Positions 32,835 through 39,138 of a DNA stretch of 39,138 nt are shown here, in pieces. A program made the position numbers and the translations under genes. The DNA lies in the NCBI GenBank assembly GCA_044448625.1, contig JBIOHA010000001.1, positions 1-39,138 on the forward strand, written 5' to 3'. Position 1 is the first letter of the stretch. Every line of letters starts with the position of its first letter. This DNA is from Chitinophagales bacterium. GTDB taxonomy: Bacteria; Bacteroidota; Bacteroidia; Chitinophagales; BACL12. The notes beneath the pieces are model-generated. The model was not told where the DNA came from. It searched no databases and saw only the letters and a program-made list of their open reading frames with translations.

Positions 32835-35800
32835 GTCCTCTTTCCCATGACAATTCTTATATTTTTTCCCACTACCGCAGGGACAAGGATCATTTCTTCC
32901 CACTTTCTTTTCTACACGAATTGGCTCCACTACTTTGCGTTCCGGTTGTCCGGCTACCCTTGCTCCGGGACCCGCAGCGCTGCCATCTTCCCTGGTTTCC
33001 TTTAAATTGCTCATATCTGTGCGTTTTTGCGGAACCGCAGTGCGCACCTCCTCTGAACTTCTGATCGGAACATAGCCCTTGAATAAAAATGAAACAATTT
33101 CCCTGTTTAATTCGCTCAGCATTTTCTTGAACATATCAAATGCTTCGAATTTATAAATAAGCAAAGGATCCTTTTGTTCATAAACAGCACCTTGAACCGA
33201 TTGTTTCAAATCATCCATATTGCGCAAATGATCTTTCCAGTGATCATCAATTACAATTAAACTTATCATGCGTTCAATTGAACGATGCACTTCAACCCCG
33301 TCTGATTCTTCTGCCTTTTTGAGATTTACCATTACATTAATTCCCTTGCGTCCGTCGGTAAAAGGAACAATTACATTTTCCAGGGTTTCGCCACGTGATG
33401 CAAGCAGATCTTTAATAAGCGGGTAAACTTTATTCAGCAGCACCTGCGATTTGCGTTTGTAATAATCTTTTGCGCTGTAAAATAATTTATTGGTAAGCTC
33501 ATCGGGTTTTTCCGTTTCAAATTGGTTGCGTGATATCTCAGGCTCCATGCTAAAATATCGTATAACATCCAGGGTAAATCCTTCGTAGTCTTTATTATCG
33601 TGATAACTATTCACTACTTCATCGCAGAGATCATAAATGGTATTATTCAAATCGATGATTAGCCGTTCGCCTGATAATGCATGATTTCTTTTCTGATAAA
33701 CAAGCGATCGCTGATTATTCATTACATCATCATACTCCAGTAATCTTTTTCTGATACCAAAATTATTTTCCTCTACTTTTTTCTGAGCTCTTTCAATTGA
33801 CCGTGTGATCATCCTGTGCTGAATAACTTCACCTTCTTTGTACCCCATAGTATCCATCACTTTTGCGATACGTTCGCTGCCGAACAAGCGCATTAGCTGA
33901 TCTTCCAGTGAAACAAAAAATTCGCTGGAGCCGGGATCTCCCTGCCGGCCTGAACGTCCACGCAACTGGCGATCCACTCGTCGTGATTCGTGCCGCTCTG
34001 TTCCAATAATCGCCAAACCACCGGCTTCCTTTACTCCGGGACCGAGTTTAATATCCGTTCCCCTACCCGCCATGTTGGTTGCAATAGTTACCGCACCTGC
34101 TTTACCTGCATCCGAAACAACTTCCGCTTCACGCTGATGTTGTTTCGCATTTAATACATTGTGTTTTATTGCTTTCATCTGAAGCATGCGGGCTAACAAC
34201 TCACTTACCTCAACTGAAGTAGTACCCACCAAAACCGGTCTTCCTTCTTTAACCAGTTGCTGTATGCGATCAATTACTGCGAGATATTTTTCTTTTCTTG
34301 TTTTATAAACGTAGTCTTCAATATCTTTTCTGATTACAGGCCTATTGGTAGGAATTGCAGATACATCCAATTTATATATTTCCCAAAATTCACCGGCTTC
34401 AGTTTCAGCTGTACCTGTCATACCGCATAATTTATGAAACATGCGGAAATAATTTTGCAAAGTTATGGTTGCATAGGTTTGAGTTAATGCTTCCACTTTT
34501 ACATTTTCCTTTGCTTCAATTGCCTGGTGCAATCCATCACTATATCTGCGACCTTCAAGAATACGTCCGGTTTGTTCATCTACAATTTTAACCTTGCTGT
34601 CCATCACAACATATTCAACATCTTTTTCAAACAGGGTATATGCTTTTAATAATTGTTGTACCGAATGTATCCGTTCACTTTTGATAGCAAAATCCTGCAT
34701 CAATTTATCCTTAGCATCAATTTGCTCTTCTTTGCTCTGGCTGTTGCGGTCAATTTCAGCTATCTGGGCGCCCACATCTGGAATGATAAAGAAAGTTGGG
34801 TCCTCACCACCTTCGGTAATTAAATTGATACCCTTGTCGGTAAGATCAACACTATTGCTTTTTTCTTCAATTACAAAAAATAATTCATCATCAATTTCGG
34901 GCATTCTTTTATTGTGCTCGGAAATATAAACACCTTCAGTATTACTTAATAAAGTCCTGTTGCCTTCTTCACTCAAAAATTTTATTAGCGCAGTATTTTT
35001 TGGCAATGCTCTATGTGCCCTGAATAACTGAATACCACCTTCTTTATCTTTTCCTGACTCAATTAATCTTTTCGCTTCATTTAAACTTGTAGTGAAAACT
35101 TTCTTTTGTGCTTCAATTAATTTATGTATCCGCGGTTTTAAAACATTATAAACTTCTGCATCGCCGCCTTTGGGAACAGGTCCTGAAATAATTAAAGGTG
35201 TTCTCGCATCATCAATTAAAACGGAATCGACCTCATCCACCATTGCATAATGATGTTTGCGTTGTACTTTTTCATCGTTGGTGCGCACCATATTATCGCG
35301 CAGGTAATCAAATCCAAATTCGTTATTGGTGCCATAGGTAATATCTGCGAGGTAAGCATTTCTTCTTTCAGCAGAGTTTGGCTGATATTGATCGATACAA
35401 TCAACACGTAAGCCCAAAAAATTAAATATAGGTCCGTTCCATTCGGCATCCCTTCTGGCGAGGTAATTGTTTACGGTAACGATATGAATTCCTTCACCAA
35501 CCAGTGCATTTAAATACGCTGGTAAAGTTGCAACAAGTGTTTTTCCTTCACCCGTTCCCATCTCTGCAATTTTTCCCTGGTGTAAAACAATTCCTCCAAT
35601 TAATTGAACATCATAATGCACCATGTTCCACTTGATCGGAACACCGGCAGCCTCCCATTCATTTTTATAAATTGCATGATCACCTTCAATTGTAATGAAA
35701 TCATGGTTAACTGAAAGGTCGCGGTCAAGTTGTGTAGCTGCAGAAACGATCTTTTCATTTTCGCTGAAGCGGCGGGCAGTTTCTTTCATTACTGCGAATG

Positions 35801-36143
35801 CTTCAGGTAATATCTCTAATAATATTTCTTCAATTTTTTTATCACGCTCTTTTATCAGTGCATCAATTTCTTTGTACAATGCATCTTTCTGATCAACATC
35901 CTCAGTTTCCGGAGAATCGGTTTCTGTGCGCAGCCTGCTGATCTCAGCATCAATATCTTTTAAATGATCGTTAATGCGCTTTTTGAACTCATTGGTTTTA
36001 TTTCGAAGTGCATCATTTGAAACAGACACAAGCTTTCCAAATTCAACCTTAATTTCGTCAACAAGAGGCGTTATTGCCTTAATGTCTTTTTCATATTTAT
36101 TTCCTCCAAATAACTTTGAGAGGGTGCTGGATAGTAAACTCAT
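32832..36143 (-). CDS. secA: Preprotein translocase ATPase SecA
   Basis: 1103 aa. It has Walker A 'MGTGEGKT', DEAD-like '[21 protein letters not shown]', '[10 protein letters not shown]' and the C-terminal zinc finger '[14 protein letters not shown]'. Confidence 0.97.
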   Translation of the reverse strand: MSLLSSTLSKLFGGNKYEKDIKAITPLVDEIKVEFGKLVSVSNDALRNKTNEFKKRINDHLKDIDAEISRLRTETDSPETEDVDQKDALYKEIDALIKERDKKIEEILLEILPEAFAVMKETARRFSENEKIVSAATQLDRDLSVNHDFITIEGDHAIYKNEWEAAGVPIKWNMVHYDVQLIGGIVLHQGKIAEMGTGEGKTLVATLPAYLNALVGEGIHIVTVNNYLARRDAEWNGPIFNFLGLRVDCIDQYQPNSAERRNAYLADITYGTNNEFGFDYLRDNMVRTNDEKVQRKHHYAMVDEVDSVLIDDARTPLIISGPVPKGGDAEVYNVLKPRIHKLIEAQKKVFTTSLNEAKRLIESGKDKEGGIQLFRAHRALPKNTALIKFLSEEGNRTLLSNTEGVYISEHNKRMPEIDDELFFVIEEKSNSVDLTDKGINLITEGGEDPTFFIIPDVGAQIAEIDRNSQSKEEQIDAKDKLMQDFAIKSERIHSVQQLLKAYTLFEKDVEYVVMDSKVKIVDEQTGRILEGRRYSDGLHQAIEAKENVKVEALTQTYATITLQNYFRMFHKLCGMTGTAETEAGEFWEIYKLDVSAIPTNRPVIRKDIEDYVYKTRKEKYLAVIDRIQQLVKEGRPVLVGTTSVEVSELLARMLQMKAIKHNVLNAKQHQREAEVVSDAGKAGAVTIATNMAGRGTDIKLGPGVKEAGGLAIIGTERHESRRVDRQLRGRSGRQGDPGSSEFFVSLEDQLMRLFGSERIAKVMDTMGYKEGEVIQHRMITRSIERAQKKVEENNFGIRKRLLEYDDVMNNQRSLVYQKRNHALSGERLIIDLNNTIYDLCDEVVNSYHDNKDYEGFTLDVIRYFSMEPEISRNQFETEKPDELTNKLFYSAKDYYKRKSQVLLNKVYPLIKDLLASRGETLENVIVPFTDGRKGINVMVNLKKAEESDGVEVHRSIERMISLIVIDDHWKDHLRNMDDLKQSVQGAVYEQKDPLLIYKFEAFDMFKKMLSELNREIVSFLFKGYVPIRSSEEVRTAVPQKRTDMSNLKETREDGSAAGPGARVAGQPERKVVEPIRVEKKVGRNDPCPCGSGKKYKNCHGKED

Positions 36144-36314
36144 ATATCTTTTTGCTCAATTAAGTAACGCAGGTAGTCAAAATCCGTTCCCGCATGATGC
36201 GCAAAGATAAGGATTAGGGGAAGGTAAAACAGAACCGGCCATCTATGCTTAATGCAACCTTGCGGGAATATGCATGAACGGGTGATTGTATTAGCTTTAC
36301 GTCGAATTTTAGCT

Positions 36315-38786
36315 ATGATTTACACAGCAGAAGAGATCTGTGAAATATTGGAATGCCGGGGACAAATTGTCAGACCAGAGGCGGAGATCGAACATTTATT
36401 GACAGATTCACGCAATATAATTTTTGGCGACAGGTCATTATTTTTTGCAATCTCAGGTAAAAACCACGATGGTCATCAATACATTTCCCAGGCAATTGAG
36501 GCCGGTGTTAAAAATTTTGTGGTTGAAAAGGTCCCCGAGAACTCCGCTTTAGATATAAATTATTTTCAAGTTGACAATAGTATAACTGCATTGCAGCAAC
36601 TGGCTATTTTTCACAGACGCGAATTCAACATTCCGGTTTTAGGAATTACCGGAAGCAACGGAAAAACAATTGTGAAAGAATGGATATATCATTTATTAAA
36701 AATTGAATTCGATATCGTTCGCAGCCCTAAGAGCTATAATTCACAAATCGGAGTTCCATTGAGTGTTTTGGCTATGGATGAAAAAAATGATGTTGCCATA
36801 TTTGAAGCGGGAATTTCGCTACCCGGTGAAATGGAGAAACTTGAAAAAATTATTCAGCCAACGATTGGGTTAATTACCAACATCACCCAGGCACATAACG
36901 AAGGATTTTTATCAGAAGAGGAAAAAACCAAGGAGAAATTATTATTATTTCAGGGATGTAAAATTGTTATTTACAGAAAAGATCATCAACTGATTGATAA
37001 ATTACTTCCACCCGGATTAAAAACAATTTCGTGGAGCACCGAAAGTAAAAAAAATGCTGATGTGCTGATTTCAGGTACCGTTAATTCATTCTCTCTACAT
37101 TATAAAAATGATATTTATCAGTTTAATATTCCGTTTACCGATGAAGCATCATTTGAAAATTGCGTTAATGCGATACTTGCTGCACTGATTATTCTTGAAG
37201 AGAAAAATCATTTAAACCATGCGACAAAAAAAATGTTGGAAGAAACATCAGCCGATCTTCCGCCGGTTTCAATGCGCATGGAATTAAAAAAAGCAATAAA
37301 CAATAGTTTGGTGATAAATGACAGCTATAGCGCAGATCCGGCGTCGCTGGAAATTGCCTTGAGCTTTTTAAATAATCACAGCGAATCGTTAAACAAAACT
37401 GTGATATTAACCGATTTTGATGAAAGCGGACAAAGCGAGGACGTTTTGTATAAAACCATTGCAGCATTATTAAAAAAACACAAGGTTAAAAACTTTATTG
37501 GAATTGGAGAAAGCATATCGGCATCTAAAAATTATTTCACCGAAAGTATTTCAGTATTTTATAAGTCACCCGATGAATTTATCCGCACATTTAATGAACG
37601 GGACTTTACCAATAATATCATTTTAGTAAAAGGTGCGAGAAGATTTCATCTCGAACGAATAAGTAATTTGCTCGAGCAAAAAACCCATGGCACTGTGCTG
37701 ACCATAGACCTCAATAACCTGCTCCATAATTTAAATGTTTACCGTTCGCTGTTAAAACCGGGTGTAAAAACCATGGCAATGGTAAAAGCTTTTTCTTATG
37801 GCAGCGGGCAAGCTGAAATAGCACGCCTGCTTGCTCATCACCGGGTTGATTATTTAGCTGTTGCCTATGCCGATGAAGGTGTTGATCTGCGCAGGCAGGG
37901 AATTAAAGTACCTATTATGGTTATGAATCCCGAACCAGATACATTCAATCAAATGTTGCAGTATGACCTTGAACCGGAGATCTACAGCAAGAGGATATTG
38001 GATCTGTTTATTGCAGCTACTGAAAAGAATGGGAATAAAAAATTCAATATACATATTAAGCTTGATACCGGAATGCACAGGTTGGGATTTGAAGAAAAAG
38101 ATATTGACGAGCTGGTTGAAATAATTACATCAAATAAAAAGATCAATGTCACCAGTATTTTTTCACATTTATCATCCGCTGACGACGAACGGCAAAATGA
38201 ATTTACCCTAGCTCAAATCAATTTATTTAACGCCTTGTCGAAAAGAATTCTATCAGGCATAAATGAAAATTGTCTGCGCCATATTTTAAATTCTCCCGGC
38301 ATAAACAAATTTCCTGATGCACAATTTGAAATGGTGCGACTAGGGATCGGATTATATGGCGTTGATCCTTCCTCATCTATTCAAAACAAATTATTAACTG
38401 TAAGCAAACTAACAACGAATATTGCCCAGGTAAAAGAAATTAAACCGGGAGATTCAGTTGGTTATGGAAGGTCGTTCATCGCCGAAAAAAATATGCGGAT
38501 AGCAACGATCAATATTGGTTATGCCGACGGCTTTTCACGCAAAATGGGAAATGGCTCAGGCCAGGTTTTTATCCATGGAAAATTGGCTCCAGTGGTGGGG
38601 AGGGTTTGTATGGATATGACCATGGTAGATATTTCCGAAATTCCAGGTGTAAATGAAGGCGATGAAGTAGAAATTTTCGGAGATAATATTTCCATCATCG
38701 AACATGCGATATGGCAAGACACAATTCCTTACGAAGTGATGACCGGGATCTCGCATAGAGTAAAAAGGGTATACGTCCAGGAATAG
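36315..38786 (+). CDS. murF/alr: Bifunctional UDP-MurNAc-tripeptide:D-Ala-D-Ala ligase (MurF) / alanine racemase (Alr) fusion
   Basis: The N-terminal Mur ligase has 'GITGSNGKT'. The junction is near nt 37680. The C-terminal racemase has the PLP-lysine motif 'AMVKAFSYGSG', 'VCMDMTMVD' and 'PYEVMTGISHRVKRVY'. Start is placed at the ATG at 36315 (MIYTAEEI...). Confidence 0.88.
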   Translation: MIYTAEEICEILECRGQIVRPEAEIEHLLTDSRNIIFGDRSLFFAISGKNHDGHQYISQAIEAGVKNFVVEKVPENSALDINYFQVDNSITALQQLAIFHRREFNIPVLGITGSNGKTIVKEWIYHLLKIEFDIVRSPKSYNSQIGVPLSVLAMDEKNDVAIFEAGISLPGEMEKLEKIIQPTIGLITNITQAHNEGFLSEEEKTKEKLLLFQGCKIVIYRKDHQLIDKLLPPGLKTISWSTESKKNADVLISGTVNSFSLHYKNDIYQFNIPFTDEASFENCVNAILAALIILEEKNHLNHATKKMLEETSADLPPVSMRMELKKAINNSLVINDSYSADPASLEIALSFLNNHSESLNKTVILTDFDESGQSEDVLYKTIAALLKKHKVKNFIGIGESISASKNYFTESISVFYKSPDEFIRTFNERDFTNNIILVKGARRFHLERISNLLEQKTHGTVLTIDLNNLLHNLNVYRSLLKPGVKTMAMVKAFSYGSGQAEIARLLAHHRVDYLAVAYADEGVDLRRQGIKVPIMVMNPEPDTFNQMLQYDLEPEIYSKRILDLFIAATEKNGNKKFNIHIKLDTGMHRLGFEEKDIDELVEIITSNKKINVTSIFSHLSSADDERQNEFTLAQINLFNALSKRILSGINENCLRHILNSPGINKFPDAQFEMVRLGIGLYGVDPSSSIQNKLLTVSKLTTNIAQVKEIKPGDSVGYGRSFIAEKNMRIATINIGYADGFSRKMGNGSGQVFIHGKLAPVVGRVCMDMTMVDISEIPGVNEGDEVEIFGDNISIIEHAIWQDTIPYEVMTGISHRVKRVYVQE

Positions 38787-38968
38787 CTATTTCAAATCTG
38801 TTAATGTTTGCCGATATGTCCACAATCGTGTCACAAAGCCAGGATTTCTAAAAGTTTTGGACAAAATTCCCTAACTTAGAAACCAGTTTCAGCGGAACCC
38901 TCCTCGAACTGCACTCGTAAGTGTTGCAAAAAAGTGAGGTTCCCTCAATTGAAACCAATATTTATGGA

Positions 38969-39138
38969 GTGAAGCCTACTTGTCAAACCATAAAACTCCT
39001 CTTTGTTTCACTCGCCGCAATGGTGTGCACTCCTGCGGTATGGGCGCAATCCATCAATGCACCTCATGCCCAACCTATTAAATTCATAGAGAATAAAAAT
39101 CAGTGGCAGTCCAATGTGCTGTTTAAAGCAGATTTTGG
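38969..39138 (+). CDS. 5' end of a secreted protein (partial, runs off the window)
   Basis: Hand translation from GTG 38969 gives VKPTCQTIKLLFVSLAAMVCTPAVWAQSINAPHAQPIKFIENKNQWQSNVLFKADF. It has a signal peptide and an 'FIENKxQW' N-terminus of the kind seen in large Bacteroidota surface proteins. The frame is open to the window end. Confidence 0.45.
   Translation, partial: MKPTCQTIKLLFVSLAAMVCTPAVWAQSINAPHAQPIKFIENKNQWQSNVLFKADF

Noticed and set aside
32610-33005. 131-aa plus-strand ORF containing 'LPTSYFPLPTSHFPLPTSNF'
   Set aside because: It is an artefact of translating the locus G heptamer array. It also overlaps the deoC start and is antisense to the secA 3' end.
34594-34929. 111-aa plus-strand ORF and other ORFs of 60-80 aa inside secA
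   Set aside because: They are antisense shadow ORFs within a fully conserved secA.
36187-36268. 8-bp inverted repeat ttcccgca / tgcgggaa and 11-bp palindrome cgcatgatgcg in the secA-murF divergent region
   Set aside because: An 8-bp inverted match within a ~170-nt interval is reasonably likely by chance. No second copy or known operator consensus was recognised.
1-39138. tRNA/rRNA genes, prophage, integrative element or defence island
   Set aside because: No T-loop/acceptor-type tRNA architecture or rRNA-like segments were noticed in the intergenic regions. No integrase, transposase, RT, nuclease/ATPase defence pairs or abrupt compositional change were seen. Gene content is core housekeeping throughout.

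Overview
This window looks like a core chromosomal segment of a low-GC Bacteroidota genome. Lineage markers are GldB- and GldD-like lipoproteins, a T9SS C-terminal sorting domain protein, a MurF-Alr fusion, a bS22-type mini ribosomal protein and TAnnTTTG-type promoter boxes. I can support about 32 protein-coding genes, nearly all housekeeping: htpG, lysA, yicC-gmk, apaG, nadE, rng, mutY, ssb, recG, hup, deoC, secA, murF/alr, an ABC exporter, an M20 amidohydrolase and others. I found no rRNA, tRNA, CRISPR array, transposase, integrase, reverse transcriptase or recognisable defence, toxin or secretion operon, so I cannot point to a classical gene-encoded novel system. The structure the genes do not explain is a family of short-period tandem arrays, mostly exactly 7 nt. 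They sit in seven intergenic gaps, and each starts or ends 0-5 nt from a stop codon. One fills a 42-nt gap exactly, one contains the secA stop codon, and two are arranged as long inverted repeats. Other items worth a second look are an unlisted 31-aa bS22-like gene, a 770-aa membrane-anchored protein built from two duplicated modules, a 1145-aa mosaic outer-membrane protein, and an orphan terminator with a possible sRNA downstream of htpG. All family assignments come from motif recognition by eye, not from database searches.
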